The notes under the pieces: model-generated | The model's database searches: none | What the model was told of the DNA's origin: nothing | The model's input: only the letters and a program-made list of their open reading frames with translations | Shown: in pieces, positions 24,246-38,186 of the stretch | How positions within the stretch are numbered: position 1 is the stretch's first letter | Layout: every line of letters begins with the position of its first letter | Origin: Escherichia coli | Lineage (GTDB): Bacteria; Pseudomonadota; Gammaproteobacteria; Enterobacterales; Enterobacteriaceae | Length of the DNA: 64,000 nucleotides | Strand: one strand, 5' to 3' | NCBI RefSeq assembly: GCF_050920415.1 | Contig: NZ_CP169309.1 | Translations under genes and position numbers: made by a program

Positions 24246-24962
24246 ATGAAATACGTTATCTTATTAATACTATGGATAATAACTACTTTTCTTAGTCATC
24301 TTCAGCACAGCAACCTACTGTCTGGAGATCCTGGCATGGTTGGCGAGTATATCGGTTCAGTATTTCTGGGGCCGTTGTTACTTCCCGTGCTTGTGTCAGG
24401 TATTCTGTGCGTATTTATTAAAAAAAAACGTAACTTCGCCAGTTTTACTCGCGGGTGCTGTTGGGTATTGGGAATCCTGCTTTTATCCAAAGTCGGCAAT
24501 ACGTTTCGTATGTTTACCCCGTGACAATATACCTTTGAGAATGCTGCGATAACCGTGACTATCCCGAACCGACACTGGAATACGGTTTCCATTAGTACTA
24601 ATAAAACCATTGATATAAGAAGTGAGGATAATAGCGTCTTCATTTCTGCTTTCCGCCTGCCCGCAGGACGTAGCGCCGATGACCCGCTGGAAGCGTTAAA
24701 GAAGAAGCAGCGAGACAATCTCAAGGATCAATACAATGAGGAAGCCTTCCAGTTTCATGATTGTAATGCCAAACATTTCACCTGTAAGTATCAGGATGTG
24801 TTGATAAATTTTGATGGTCAGCAGAAAAGAACCATCAGTGTTTATCTTGAAGACACCCCTAGGGCTGTGGGGATCATTGCATTAATGGCGCCAGATACGG
24901 CAGATAAATATCGCCAACAGGCGATGGAGATTATGCTTTCCGCTAAAAATGCAGTGAAGTAA
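24246..24962 (+). pseudogene. membrane-anchored ORF interrupted by one in-frame TGA (either a nonsense-inactivated ~238-codon gene or two adjacent small genes of 92 and ~135 aa)
   Basis: ORFs 24246-24524 and 24555-24962 are in the same frame, separated only by TGA at 24522-24524. The N-part has 2-3 predicted TM helices (MKYVILLILWIITTF..., GPLLLPVLVSGILCVFI); the C-part is soluble. An AT-rich leader (24031-24245) precedes it. I do not recognise the family. Confidence 0.45.
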
Positions 24963-25000
24963 AAAATAAGGCGCCTTGCGGCGCCTCTGCGTGGAAGAGA

Positions 25001-25294
<294 letters not shown>

Positions 25295-25670
25295 TTACCG
25301 GTGACGCCTTAATAAATACGAGCGCACTTTAGTTAGCTCCGATTGTATGAAGCCGCGCCATCGCTGTCCAGCGGCACGCCTTGCAGATTACGGTTTGCCA
25401 CACTTTTCATCCTTCTCCTGGAGACATAATCCACGCAAATCGAAAATGTTAATAAATTTGTTGCACGAATGATCTAACAAACATGCATCATGTACAATCA
25501 GATGGAATAAATGGCGCGATAACGCTCATTTTATGACGAAGCACACACATTTTAAGTTCGATATTTCTCGTTTTTGCTCGTTAACGATAAGTTTACAGCA
25601 TGCCTACAAGCATCGTGGAGGTCCGTGACTTTCACGCATACAACAAACATTAACTCTTCAGGATCCGATT

Positions 25671-28047
<2,377 letters not shown>

Positions 28048-28074
28048 TATCAGGCATCTGAACCAATTGCCTGA

Positions 28075-28175
28075 TACTGATCGCCTGATGCGACGCTTAC
28101 GCGTCTTATCAGGCCTACGAGCCGATGCCATTTTGTGTAGGCCGGATAAGGCGTTCACGCCGCATCCGGCATGTC
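28075..28175. repeat. REP (repetitive extragenic palindromic) elements between glpK and glpX
   Basis: gcctgatgcgacgcttacgcgtcttatcaggcctac and gccggataaggcgttcacgccgcatccggc are typical REP units. Confidence 0.8.
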
Positions 28176-28277
28176 GTAGACTCTGAAATCGTGCGGGGGC
28201 AACCCCCGCACACATCAATAATCCCGCCCTTCCCCTGTGCTACACTTCGCGCCATTCCTTACTGCTTAGAGTTTGCT

Positions 28278-29288
28278 ATGAGACGAGAACTTGCCATCGA
28301 ATTTTCCCGCGTCACCGAATCTGCGGCGCTGGCTGGCTACAAATGGTTAGGACGCGGCGATAAAAACACCGCGGACGGCGCGGCGGTTAACGCCATGCGT
28401 ATTATGCTCAACCAGGTCAACATTGACGGCACCATCGTCATTGGTGAAGGTGAAATCGACGAAGCACCGATGCTCTACATTGGTGAAAAAGTCGGTACCG
28501 GTCGCGGTGATGCGGTAGATATTGCTGTTGATCCGATTGAAGGCACGCGCATGACGGCGATGGGCCAGGCTAACGCGCTGGCGGTGCTGGCAGTAGGCGA
28601 TAAAGGCTGCTTCCTCAACGCGCCAGATATGTATATGGAGAAGCTGATCGTCGGACCGGGAGCCAAAGGCACCATTGATCTGAACCTGCCGCTGGCGGAT
28701 AACCTGCGCAATGTTGCGGCGGCGCTCGGCAAACCGTTGAGCGAACTGACGGTAACGATTCTGGCAAAACCGCGCCACGATGCCGTTATCGCAGAAATGC
28801 AGCAACTCGGCGTGCGCGTATTTGCTATTCCGGATGGCGATGTGGCAGCCTCAATTCTCACCTGTATGCCAGACAGCGAAGTTGACGTGCTGTACGGTAT
28901 TGGTGGCGCGCCGGAAGGCGTGGTTTCTGCGGCGGTGATCCGCGCATTAGATGGCGACATGAATGGTCGTCTGCTGGCACGTCATGACGTCAAAGGCGAC
29001 AACGAAGAAAATCGCCGCATTGGCGAGCAGGAGCTGGCGCGCTGCAAAGCGATGGGCATCGAAGCGGGTAAAGTGTTGCGTCTGGGCGATATGGCGCGCA
29101 GCGACAACGTCATCTTTTCTGCCACTGGCATCACCAAAGGTGATCTGCTGGAAGGTATTAGCCGCAAAGGCAATATCGCCACCACCGAAACACTGCTGAT
29201 CCGCGGTAAATCACGCACCATTCGTCGCATTCAATCCATCCACTATCTGGATCGTAAAGACCCGGAAATGCAGGTGCACATTCTCTGA
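28278..29288 (+). CDS. glpX: fructose-1,6-bisphosphatase class II
   Basis: Recognised start MRRELAIEFSRVTESAALAGYKWLGRGDKNTADGAAVNAMR... (336 aa) at the internal ATG 28278. Confidence 0.96.
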   Translation: MRRELAIEFSRVTESAALAGYKWLGRGDKNTADGAAVNAMRIMLNQVNIDGTIVIGEGEIDEAPMLYIGEKVGTGRGDAVDIAVDPIEGTRMTAMGQANALAVLAVGDKGCFLNAPDMYMEKLIVGPGAKGTIDLNLPLADNLRNVAAALGKPLSELTVTILAKPRHDAVIAEMQQLGVRVFAIPDGDVAASILTCMPDSEVDVLYGIGGAPEGVVSAAVIRALDGDMNGRLLARHDVKGDNEENRRIGEQELARCKAMGIEAGKVLRLGDMARSDNVIFSATGITKGDLLEGISRKGNIATTETLLIRGKSRTIRRIQSIHYLDRKDPEMQVHIL

Positions 29289-29384
29289 GTGATTTGATCG
29301 ATTGAGCCTTCCAGTCCTTCGGGACTGGAATTTTTTTGTTCGGAGAACGAAGATAAGGCAAGTCAATCAAAACAGGAGAAAAAC

Positions 29385-30131
29385 ATGGCTGATTGGGTAA
29401 CAGGCAAAGTCACTAAAGTGCAGAACTGGACCGACGCCCTGTTTAGTCTCACCGTTCACGCTCCCGTGCTTCCATTTACTGCCGGGCAATTCACCAAACT
29501 AGGCCTTGAAATTGACGGCGAACGCGTCCAGCGTGCCTATTCCTACGTTAACTCTCCTGATAATCCCGATCTGGAGTTTTACCTGGTGACCGTGCCCGAT
29601 GGAAAATTAAGCCCACGATTAGCGGCACTGAAACCGGGCGATGAAGTACAGGTGGTTAGCGAAGCAGCTGGCTTCTTTGTGCTGGATGAGGTCCCTGACT
29701 GCGAAACACTGTGGATGCTGGCAACCGGTACAGCGATTGGCCCTTATTTATCAATTCTGCAACTGGGCAAAGATTTAGATCGCTTCAAAAATCTGGTTCT
29801 GGTTCACGCCGCACGTTATGCCGCCGACTTAAGTTATCTGCCACTGATGCAAGAACTGGAAAAACGCTACGAAGGGAAACTGCGCATTCAGACGGTGGTC
29901 AGTCGGGAAACGGCGGCGGGTTCGCTCACCGGGCGAATACCGGCGTTAATTGAAAGTGGTGAACTGGAAAGTGCGGTGGGCTTGCCGATGGATAAAGAAA
30001 CCAGCCATGTGATGCTGTGCGGCAATCCACAGATGGTTCGCGATACGCAACAGTTGCTAAAAGAAACCCGGCAGATGACGAAACATTTACGTCGTCGACC
30101 GGGCCATATGACAGCGGAGCATTACTGGTAA
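29385..30131 (+). CDS. fpr: ferredoxin/flavodoxin-NADP+ reductase
   Basis: 248-aa ORF MADWVTGKVTKVQNWTDALFSLTVHAPVLPFTAGQFTKLG... recognised as Fpr. Confidence 0.96.
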   Translation: MADWVTGKVTKVQNWTDALFSLTVHAPVLPFTAGQFTKLGLEIDGERVQRAYSYVNSPDNPDLEFYLVTVPDGKLSPRLAALKPGDEVQVVSEAAGFFVLDEVPDCETLWMLATGTAIGPYLSILQLGKDLDRFKNLVLVHAARYAADLSYLPLMQELEKRYEGKLRIQTVVSRETAAGSLTGRIPALIESGELESAVGLPMDKETSHVMLCGNPQMVRDTQQLLKETRQMTKHLRRRPGHMTAEHYW

Positions 30132-30135
30132 GCGG

Positions 30136-30564
30136 TTACTTATCGATAAACGGCACGATGAGCAGATCCGCTTTCAACTTATTGATCATCCCGCGGTATG
30201 CCGGCATCAAACGGTTGATAAATGAGTGGTGATGACCACAGACAAGGAGGTCGCACTGCTCTTGTTGCATAATATCCAGCAGTGTTTCCGGCATTTCCCC
30301 ACGTTCAATACGCAGTTTTGTCTTCGGCCATTGAATATTTTTCGTCAGTTTATACAGCTTGTTATCCGACTTATTCTTCAACAATTGAAGAATATCCTCT
30401 GTTGCAGGGAAGTAGATACCCGGATACAACTCGCTTAAGCCATCATCAATATGAATTAACGTCAGGTGAGCGTCATTATGTCTGGCGAGCTCCAGGGCTT
30501 TATTCACCAGTAAGGCATCTTCTTCATTCCCGGAAATTGCCACGCCAATGTGTTTATAAGCCAT
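30136..30564 (-). CDS. uspD: universal stress protein D
   Basis: 142-aa [45 protein letters not shown]... recognised as UspD (YiiT). Confidence 0.93.
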   Translation of the reverse strand: MAYKHIGVAISGNEEDALLVNKALELARHNDAHLTLIHIDDGLSELYPGIYFPATEDILQLLKNKSDNKLYKLTKNIQWPKTKLRIERGEMPETLLDIMQQEQCDLLVCGHHHSFINRLMPAYRGMINKLKADLLIVPFIDK

Positions 30565-30590
30565 GTTTAACTCCTTCTAAAGCAACTCCA

Positions 30591-30890
30591 TCAAGCTAAC
30601 GAACGCAGTGATAACTCAAAAATAATCATCTCGGCCTGGCATGAGAAGGTGAAGGCCGCATCAAGTTCAACTTGCCCCTCCAGATCCTTAATCTTATAGG
30701 CCACGCTGGCCCCTTCATCCGCAGAGGATGCAGCGGTGGCAAGCTCTTTCAGTTTAGTCATAAAGGACTCTGCTTCTTCGCGGGTGGCAAAAAAGCGCGA
30801 AAACTTACTGGTACAGTTGTCGTTATCAATCACCGTACCGATATCAATCGCACATCCTTTAGTACTGCATTTATCTACGACATCTTTCAT
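30591..30890 (-). CDS. yiiS: YiiS-family (DUF406) protein
   Basis: 99-aa [37 protein letters not shown]...; position matches K-12 gene order. Confidence 0.85.
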   Translation of the reverse strand: MKDVVDKCSTKGCAIDIGTVIDNDNCTSKFSRFFATREEAESFMTKLKELATAASSADEGASVAYKIKDLEGQVELDAAFTFSCQAEMIIFELSLRSLA

Positions 30891-31101
30891 AGGGCACCTC
30901 TGTATATTCGCCTCTCTGTCGATTACGACTTAAGAATAATGCGCCGTTAAGGGAAGAACAAACAAGTAATGATCTTATGGATTACCATTTTTTTTGATAT
31001 TGCTTAAGGTGAAGAGCTCAGAAGGATTTTCCGGGCATTGTCATTTGCATGGTGGAAATAACAATCCCGGAAAAAAATAGCAGTAAGAGATATATTAAAG
31101 G

Positions 31102-31542
31102 TTAATTACTTGATTTATTGTCGGCTTTATACTTCACATCCTGAGTGTCTTTACCATATTTATTTTCGCCTTGTGTGCCAACAAACGCACCAAGATCGAT
31201 AAGCATCATCACCAGAATCAACGTCGGGACAAAACGCCCCACCGCCCATTGCCAGACACCAGGTAAAATCGCCCAGTTACCCGCCAGCAGCATCCACGCC
31301 ACAATCATCAGAAATGACCAGGCGCCGGAACGCCCGCGATCATGCAAGCGCTTAACGGTTACTGCCGCTGTTGGCCAAAGCAAGCACACAAGGCAAAACG
31401 CCGCGGTCTGAATATCGAGTAAATTTTTACCCGCCAGTGAGAAAAGCACCAGCATGCCTGCGAACCACAGGCCTATCCAAATCCAGAAATCACGGCGTCC
31501 AATACGCCCTTTAAATGAAAATAACCATTGCTGTATGGTCAT
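31102..31542 (-). CDS. yiiR: YiiR-family (DUF805) inner-membrane protein
   Basis: 146-aa ORF MTIQQWLFSFKGRIGRRDFWIWIGLWFAGMLVLF... with multiple TM segments. Confidence 0.85.
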   Translation of the reverse strand: MTIQQWLFSFKGRIGRRDFWIWIGLWFAGMLVLFSLAGKNLLDIQTAAFCLVCLLWPTAAVTVKRLHDRGRSGAWSFLMIVAWMLLAGNWAILPGVWQWAVGRFVPTLILVMMLIDLGAFVGTQGENKYGKDTQDVKYKADNKSSN

Positions 31543-31642
31543 GTAAGTTCCTTGATGGTTGTCTTTTCCAGGATTCTACCCTTTTGACAAGGGCGACAGA
31601 TATCGTTTTAATCGGAGCCAGTCATAACAAAAGGTACTGTCA

Positions 31643-32242
31643 ATGAAGCCAGGGTGTACGCTGTTTTTTCTCTTATGTTCTGCATTAACCGTTACAACAG
31701 CGGCGCATGCACAAACACCAGATACGGCAACGACCGCGCCTTATCTGCTGGCTGGAGCCCCTACTTTCGATCTCTCCATCAGCCAGTTTCGAGAAGACTT
31801 TAACAGCCAGAACCCCAGCCTGCCACTGAACGAATTTCGTGCCATCGACAGCAGTCCCGACAAAGCCAATCTCACTCGTGCTGCAAGTAAAATTAATGAG
31901 AACTTGTATGCTTCTACAGCGCTGGAGCGCGGTACCTTAAAAATCAAAAGCATTCAAATGACCTGGCTACCCATCCAGGGGCCAGAGCAAAAAGCCGCGA
32001 AAACGAAAGCTCAGGAATACATGGCAGCGGTGATCCGCACACTCACCCCATTAATGACCAAAACACAAAGCCAGAAAAAACTGCAGTCGCTACTAACGGC
32101 GGGGAAAAACAAACGTTATTACACCGAGACTGAAGGTGCACTACGCTATGTTGTCGCGGACAACGGCGAAAAGGGGCTGACCTTCGCTGTTGAACCGATT
32201 AAGCTGGCGCTATCTGAATCGCTTGAAGGTTTGAATAAATGA
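31643..32242 (+). CDS. yiiQ: YiiQ-family (DUF1454) secreted protein
   Basis: 199-aa ORF with signal peptide MKPGCTLFFLLCSALTVTTAAHA|QTP. Confidence 0.85.
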   Translation: MKPGCTLFFLLCSALTVTTAAHAQTPDTATTAPYLLAGAPTFDLSISQFREDFNSQNPSLPLNEFRAIDSSPDKANLTRAASKINENLYASTALERGTLKIKSIQMTWLPIQGPEQKAAKTKAQEYMAAVIRTLTPLMTKTQSQKKLQSLLTAGKNKRYYTETEGALRYVVADNGEKGLTFAVEPIKLALSESLEGLNK

Positions 32243-32349
32243 CAAAAAGCAAAGCCTTTGTGCCGATGAATCTCTATACTGTTTCACAGACCTGCTGCCC
32301 TGCGGGGCGGCCATCTTCCTTTATTCGCTTATAAGCGTGGAGAATTAAA

Positions 32350-33117
32350 ATGCGACATCCTTTAGTGATGGGTAACTGGAAACTGAACGGCAGCCGCCAC
32401 ATGGTTCACGAGCTGGTTTCTAACCTGCGTAAAGAGCTGGCAGGTGTTGCTGGCTGTGCGGTTGCAATCGCACCACCGGAAATGTACATCGATATGGCGA
32501 AGCGCGAAGCTGAAGGCAGCCACATCATGCTGGGTGCGCAAAACGTGGACCTGAACCTGTCCGGCGCATTCACCGGTGAAACCTCTGCTGCTATGCTGAA
32601 AGACATCGGCGCACAGTACATCATCATCGGCCACTCTGAACGTCGTACTTACCACAAAGAGTCTGACGAACTGATCGCGAAAAAATTCGCGGTGCTGAAA
32701 GAGCAGGGTCTGACTCCGGTTCTGTGCATCGGTGAAACCGAAGCTGAAAACGAAGCGGGCAAAACTGAAGAAGTTTGTGCACGTCAGATCGACGCGGTAC
32801 TGAAAACTCAGGGTGCTGCAGCATTCGAAGGTGCGGTAATCGCTTACGAACCAGTATGGGCAATCGGTACTGGCAAATCGGCAACTCCGGCGCAGGCACA
32901 GGCTGTTCACAAATTCATCCGTGACCACATCGCTAAAGTTGACGCTAACATCGCTGAACAAGTGATCATCCAGTACGGCGGCTCTGTAAACGCGTCTAAC
33001 GCTGCAGAACTGTTTGCTCAGCCAGACATCGACGGCGCGCTGGTTGGCGGTGCTTCTCTGAAAGCTGACGCTTTCGCAGTGATCGTTAAAGCTGCAGAAG
33101 CGGCTAAACAGGCTTAA
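32350..33117 (+). CDS. tpiA: triosephosphate isomerase
   Basis: 255-aa [49 protein letters not shown]... recognised as TpiA. Confidence 0.97.
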
Positions 33118-33126
33118 GTCTGACAG

Positions 33127-33149
33127 GTGCCGGATTTCATATCCGGCAC
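33127..33149. terminator. bidirectional terminator hairpin between tpiA and cdh
   Basis: gtgccggatttcatatccggcac is a perfect 9-bp stem; T-runs flank it. Confidence 0.6.
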
Positions 33150-33171
33150 TTACTTTCCTTAACTCCTCGCC

Positions 33172-33927
33172 TTAACGCAAAATCTCACACTGATGATCCT
33201 GGATTTCCTCGGCTGAAGCACGGTTCAGCGTCAGTAGATTTCGTTGTGTCGCCAGCAACACAAACGAATTATCACTCTGCCGCACCATCGCCAGCCCGTA
33301 GCTTCCCATATGTTCCCGCGCCTCAGGCACTTCTTCTGCAAGCATCATAAATGGGCTGCGTTGTACCAGTTCGCTTTCCGTTACCCGACGCGCCAGGTAT
33401 TCATGCCCGTGCAAACCACCTGGCAGTGGCAACCAGCGGCTGCTGATGTTCGCCAGATTGTTATCCAGCTGTTCGCGCACATCAGGACGAATACAAGAGA
33501 TATGAATATGAAAATGGTTTTGCGTACGCCCGGTGCGAGAGTTGATCGCCAAAGAAACCGCGCGATCGGGAACCGGCTGGCCGTATTTTTTGCTCATAAA
33601 ATCACGCGCCTGCCAGGCCAACCAAAAGAAGTTCGGCGTTGAAGGATCGGTCAACAAAGGACTTTCAGTACCGTTAATACGATACGTTGGCATCAACAGA
33701 TATTGCAGTGGGCCATTAAGATCTTTTAAAACCACGTATCCGGCATTGGGTTTGACTTCCGCACATGGCGAAGGATTTTGATTTTGCTGCTGATTGGGTA
33801 AACATTCCTCAAGGACAATCTTACGTAATGTATCCGACTCTTCGCCGGTTAATTTCCAGTAACCAATACCAGCAGCCACAACGGCGATAACTATCATCAC
33901 CAAAAAAAGAAGACCCGCTTTTTTCAT
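33172..33927 (-). CDS. cdh: CDP-diacylglycerol pyrophosphatase
   Basis: Recognised start [36 protein letters not shown]... (251 aa) at the internal ATG of track ORF 33172-34119; the longer ORF would overlap sbp. Confidence 0.9.
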   Translation of the reverse strand: MKKAGLLFLVMIVIAVVAAGIGYWKLTGEESDTLRKIVLEECLPNQQQNQNPSPCAEVKPNAGYVVLKDLNGPLQYLLMPTYRINGTESPLLTDPSTPNFFWLAWQARDFMSKKYGQPVPDRAVSLAINSRTGRTQNHFHIHISCIRPDVREQLDNNLANISSRWLPLPGGLHGHEYLARRVTESELVQRSPFMMLAEEVPEAREHMGSYGLAMVRQSDNSFVLLATQRNLLTLNRASAEEIQDHQCEILR

Positions 33928-34033
33928 CTTTTTTTCCCTGTACCTCAAAGAGATGCAAGGGTAACGCAAAATCGTGACAAATAAAAAACCCGGTCGCGAG
34001 AAACCACCGGGTTTGATAATTATCCTGGAGAAA

Positions 34034-35023
34034 CTAGCGTTTGCTGATCTGATCGAACGTACCACCGTTAGCAAAATGCTCTTTTTGTGCTTTCGTCCAG
34101 CCGCCAAACTCTTCATCAATGGTAAATAACTTCAGCTTTGGAAACGCATTTTCGTACTTTTTCGCCACCTCCGCATCGCGCGGACGGTAGTAGTTTTTCG
34201 CGGCAATTTCCTGGCCTTCTGGCGAGTAGAGATATTTCAGGTAGGCTTCCGCCACCTCTTTGGTATCTTTTTTCTCAACCACTTTATCGACCACCGACAC
34301 GGTTGGCTCTGCGAGGATAGACTCACTCGGCGTGACGATTTCGAATTTATCTTTCCCCAGTTCATTCGCTGCCAGCAGAGCTTCGTTTTCCCAGGCAATC
34401 AGAACATCGCCAATTCCGCGCTCGACAAAAGTGTTAGTGGAGCCGCGCGCGCCAGAATCCAGAACTTCGACGTTTTTATACAGTGCCCGAACAAAATCCT
34501 GCGCTTTTGCCTGATCGTTGTTGTTGTGGTGCAGCGCGTAGCCCCAGGCTGCCAGGTAGTTCCAGCGCGCGCCACCGGAGCTTTTCGGATTAGGCGTGAT
34601 CACCGAAACACCCGGTTTAATCAGATCATTCCAGTCATGGATCTGCTTCGGATTGCCCTTACGTACCAGGAAAACAATGGTGGAAGTGTACGGTGCGGAG
34701 TTATCCGGCAGACGTTTGATCCACTCTTTATCAATCCGCCCGCGTTCCGCAATTGCGTCCACGTCATAGGCCAGAGCCAGAGTGACAACATCAGCTTCAA
34801 TACCATTGATTACCGACGTCGCTTGTTTGCCTGAACCACCGTGTGACTGACGAATCACCACGTTATCGCCAGTTTGCTGTTTCCAGTGGGCGCTGAATGC
34901 CTTGTTGTACTGTTCGTACAATTCGCGCGTTGGATCATATGAAACGTTAAGAAGCTGAATATCCTTTGCCATAACGCTGGTTGCCGCCAGCAAAAATGTT
35001 AACCCTACGCCCCACTTGTTCAT
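34034..35023 (-). CDS. sbp: periplasmic sulfate-binding protein
   Basis: 329-aa ORF with signal peptide [19 protein letters not shown]|[19 protein letters not shown]... recognised as Sbp. Confidence 0.95.
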   Translation of the reverse strand: MNKWGVGLTFLLAATSVMAKDIQLLNVSYDPTRELYEQYNKAFSAHWKQQTGDNVVIRQSHGGSGKQATSVINGIEADVVTLALAYDVDAIAERGRIDKEWIKRLPDNSAPYTSTIVFLVRKGNPKQIHDWNDLIKPGVSVITPNPKSSGGARWNYLAAWGYALHHNNNDQAKAQDFVRALYKNVEVLDSGARGSTNTFVERGIGDVLIAWENEALLAANELGKDKFEIVTPSESILAEPTVSVVDKVVEKKDTKEVAEAYLKYLYSPEGQEIAAKNYYRPRDAEVAKKYENAFPKLKLFTIDEEFGGWTKAQKEHFANGGTFDQISKR

Positions 35024-35189
35024 CGCCCGACTCTCTTATGTTGTGTTGTGATGAGCAAAGCGTGCCAGAAGGTTAACCAAACATTAAAGAATAAAAAAAG
35101 ATTGGCTATAACTTGTGGGTATATGTTGGGGGATTAAAAAGGCGGAAGAAATCCGCCTCATATTGCTGACAAAGTGCGCTTTGTCCATG

Positions 35190-35295
35190 CCATATGCGGC
35201 GCGAACGCCTTATACGGCCTACAAAAGTTTGCAAATTCAATAAATTGCAGAATTCATGTAGGCCTGATAAGCGAAGCGCATCAGGCATTTTTGCT
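35190..35295. repeat. REP elements between sbp and pfkA
   Basis: gcggcgcgaacgccttatacggcctac and gtaggcctgataagcgaagcgcatcaggc are typical REP units. Confidence 0.75.
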
Positions 35296-35342
35296 TCTGT
35301 CATCGGTTTCAGGCTAAAGGAATCTGCCTTTTTCCGAAATCA

Positions 35343-36305
35343 TTAATACAGTTTTTTCGCGCAGTCCAGCCAGTCGCCTTTGAACGGACGCTTCATGTTT
35401 TCGATAGCGTCGATGATGTCGTGGTGAACCAGCTGTTCGTTCTGGATACCTACACAACGACCGCCGTAACCTGCCAGCAGCAGTTCAATGGCGTAAGCAC
35501 CCATACGGGAAGCCAGAATACGGTCGTAAGGCACCGGAGAACCACCGCGCTGAATGTGGCCCAACACAGTTGCACGGGTTTCACGACCAGTTTCTTTCTC
35601 GATGAAATGCGCCAGTTCGTCAACATCACACATGTGTTCGGTAATTGCCACAATGGCGTGTTTCTTACCTTTCGCGATACCCGCTTTGATTTCATTTACC
35701 AGGTCATCACGGCTGAATTCAACTTCCGGAACCACGACGAATTCACAACCACCGGCGATGGCCGCAGCCAGCGTCAGATCGCCACAGTAACGCCCCATCA
35801 CTTCCACCACGGAAATACGCTGGTGAGAAGAAGAGGTGTCACGCAGGCGGTCGATCGCTTCTACAACGGTGCTCAGCGCAGTGAAGAAACCGATAGTGTA
35901 GTCAGTGCCTTTGATGTCGTTGTCGATAGTGCCCGGCAGGCCGATGCACGGGAAGCCCATTTCGGTCAGACGCATTGCACCCATGTAGGAACCGTCACCG
36001 CCGATAACCACCAGCGCGTCGATACCACGTTTTTTCAGGTTTTCGATAGCCACGGCGCGGATGTTCTCGTCGCGGAATTCCGGGAAACGCGCAGAACCGA
36101 GGAACGTACCGCCACGGTTGATCATGTCAGACACGCTGTAACGGTCTAGCTGTACCATACGGTCTTCATACAGACCCAGATAGCCGTCATAAATACCCAT
36201 TACTTCCAGACCTTCTGTCAGCGCAGAACGAACAACCCCGCGAATTGCGGCGTTCATGCCTGGCGCATCACCGCCGCTTGTCAACACACCGATTTTCTTA
36301 ATCAT
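35343..36305 (-). CDS. pfkA: 6-phosphofructokinase I
   Basis: Recognised start [37 protein letters not shown]... (320 aa) at the ATG 36303-36305 inside the longer track ORF. Confidence 0.97.
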   Translation of the reverse strand: MIKKIGVLTSGGDAPGMNAAIRGVVRSALTEGLEVMGIYDGYLGLYEDRMVQLDRYSVSDMINRGGTFLGSARFPEFRDENIRAVAIENLKKRGIDALVVIGGDGSYMGAMRLTEMGFPCIGLPGTIDNDIKGTDYTIGFFTALSTVVEAIDRLRDTSSSHQRISVVEVMGRYCGDLTLAAAIAGGCEFVVVPEVEFSRDDLVNEIKAGIAKGKKHAIVAITEHMCDVDELAHFIEKETGRETRATVLGHIQRGGSPVPYDRILASRMGAYAIELLLAGYGGRCVGIQNEQLVHHDIIDAIENMKRPFKGDWLDCAKKLY

Positions 36306-36485
36306 GACTACCTCTGAACTTTGGAATGCAAAATGAAATCTGTTGCCGGAAGTCTTCTTGCACATCGAAGTGATCCAACGAATGTGCAAATAGTATAACA
36401 ATCACTTCCTGCTGAATTGATTCAGGTCAGGCCAAATGGCGGTATTTTATACACAAAATGCGGGTCTGGCTCTCTTTTATACTGA

Positions 36486-37388
36486 TTATGAAAGCATAGA
36501 CCGTTTACCCTCCCTGGGTACGACGGAACAAGGATCCTGATGGATAATCACATCCGATCCCGGAAAACGCCGTAAAATAGCCTGCTCTACCTGATCCGCC
36601 ACCATATGTGCCTGAACCAAAGGCAGAGAGTCTTCCATTTCCAAATGAATCTGAATAAAGCGGGTCGGCCCTGACTGCCGCGTGCGAAGATCGTGAGCGC
36701 CGCTAACACCCGGCCAGGAAGTCACGATATCAATAATTTCTTGCCGTTCCTCATCAGGTAATGCGCGATCCAGTAATGACTGTACCGCCTCATATCCCAT
36801 GCGTAACGCGCTATATAAAATATAGATGCCGATTCCCAATGCAAACAGAGCATCGGCGCGATGCCAGCCGTACCAGGACAACCCCAGCGCCAGCAGAATT
36901 GCGCCGTTCATCATAACATCAGACTGGTAATGTAGCATATCAGCCCGCACCGCCTGGCTTTGCGTCCGGCGCACCACCCACCGCTGAAACGAGACAAGGA
37001 TAATCGTACAAATTAGCGCCACAATTGTCACGATAACCCCGACGCCTGGATCTGTCATCGGTGTTGGAGATACCAGATGTTGAATACCCATCAAAAACAG
37101 GAATAGTGCCGAACCGGAGATAAACATACTTTGCGCCAGCGCCGCGAGGGACTCAGCTTTACCGTGACCAAACGAGTGATTATCGTCGGCAGGTTGCAGG
37201 GAATATCGCACCACCAGTAAATTCGTCAACGACGCGCCGATATCCACCAGCGAATCCACCAGCGCGGCGAGAATACTCACCGACCCGGTATACCACCATG
37301 CAAAAATTTTAATCAGCAATAGCAGCGAAGCCATCGCCGTTGCAGCAATCGCCGCCCGACTGACCAGCCGTCCATAAGATTGATTCAT
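36486..37388 (-). CDS. fieF: cation-diffusion-facilitator Fe/Zn efflux transporter
   Basis: Recognised start [36 protein letters not shown]... (300 aa) at the internal ATG of the track ORF 36486-37430. Confidence 0.94.
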   Translation of the reverse strand: MNQSYGRLVSRAAIAATAMASLLLLIKIFAWWYTGSVSILAALVDSLVDIGASLTNLLVVRYSLQPADDNHSFGHGKAESLAALAQSMFISGSALFLFLMGIQHLVSPTPMTDPGVGVIVTIVALICTIILVSFQRWVVRRTQSQAVRADMLHYQSDVMMNGAILLALGLSWYGWHRADALFALGIGIYILYSALRMGYEAVQSLLDRALPDEERQEIIDIVTSWPGVSGAHDLRTRQSGPTRFIQIHLEMEDSLPLVQAHMVADQVEQAILRRFPGSDVIIHQDPCSVVPREGKRSMLS

Positions 37389-37469
37389 AAATACTCCCGC
37401 TATCAACTGACGGTAGTATAACGGAAGCAAATCATCTGCAATGCATTAAGCAGTAGGCAAATTGAGGAT

Positions 37470-37536
37470 AAAAAAAACCCCCACATCATGTGGGGGAAGA
37501 CAGGGATGGTGTCTATGGCAAGGAAAACAGGGTTTA
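37470..37536 (-). ncRNA. cpxQ: cpxP 3'-UTR with terminator; expected source of the CpxQ small RNA
   Basis: Immediately downstream of the cpxP stop on the minus strand is a GC hairpin (cccccacatcatgtggggg) followed by a U-run. CpxQ is known to be processed from the cpxP 3'-UTR in E. coli and Salmonella; the boundaries here are approximate. Confidence 0.45.
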
Positions 37537-38037
37537 CTACTGGGAACGTGAGTTGCTACTACTCAATAGCTTCAACGATGAACTTTTTTGCCATTGCGTC
37601 ACGTCGCGCAACTGCTCCATTCGTTGTTGATGTTTCTCGTTTAAAACCGCTTGCTGCTCCGGCGTTAACAGGCGATACATTTGGTTGCGGACTTTTGCCA
37701 TCTCAACCTGGCGAGCAATTTGCTCATTCGCCATTTTTTCTGCCTGTGCGCGCACAGCGTTTTCATCAAAATTTTCTGCGGTGACAAGGCGATGCATTGT
37801 CTCCAGTTCGCTAACATTAACAGGAGGCTGTTCGTGCCGGGCCTGTTGCATAAGATCTCGCATCTGCTGACGCTGATGTTCGGTTAAACTTATGCCGTCG
37901 AACATATGGCTCTGCGTACTGCGCTGCGTAAGTTCTTCACCCGGATGCCAGTTATCGCCTGAACCGACTTCAGCAGCGTGGCTTAATGAACTGACTGCCA
38001 GCGTTGAGGCCATGACGGCAGCGGTAACTATGCGCAT
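37537..38037 (-). CDS. cpxP: periplasmic envelope-stress adaptor CpxP
   Basis: Recognised start [39 protein letters not shown]... (166 aa); two LTxxQ motifs are present. Confidence 0.94.
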
Positions 38038-38116
38038 CATTTGCTCCCAAAATCTTTCTGTCGCGATTCAACGATAGAGAGTTTACGATTCAGGCTGCAA
38101 ACATGCGTCAGGGGGT

Positions 38117-38131
38117 GTAAAACAACGTAAA
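38117..38131. promoter_or_regulatory. CpxR box (GTAAA-N5-GTAAA) in the cpxP / cpxRA divergent promoter
   Basis: GTAAAacaacGTAAA matches the established CpxR recognition tandem exactly. Confidence 0.7.
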
Positions 38132-38186
38132 GTCATGGATTAGCGACGTCTGATGACGTAATTTCTGCCTCGGAGGTATTTAAACA

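Noticed and set aside
24522-24524. Possibility that the in-frame TGA in the rraA-zapB ORF encodes selenocysteine
   Set aside because: No convincing SECIS-like hairpin follows the TGA, and the protein context (membrane anchor and unknown domain) is unlike known selenoproteins. Nonsense mutation or two separate genes is more parsimonious.
32362-32961. 199-aa minus-strand ORF antisense to tpiA
   Set aside because: Embedded in tpiA; composition is skewed (Phe/Val/Cys-rich) as expected for a non-coding reverse frame.
35421-36149. 242-aa plus-strand ORF antisense to pfkA
   Set aside because: Embedded in pfkA; His/Thr/Val-rich and non-protein-like. Shadow ORF.
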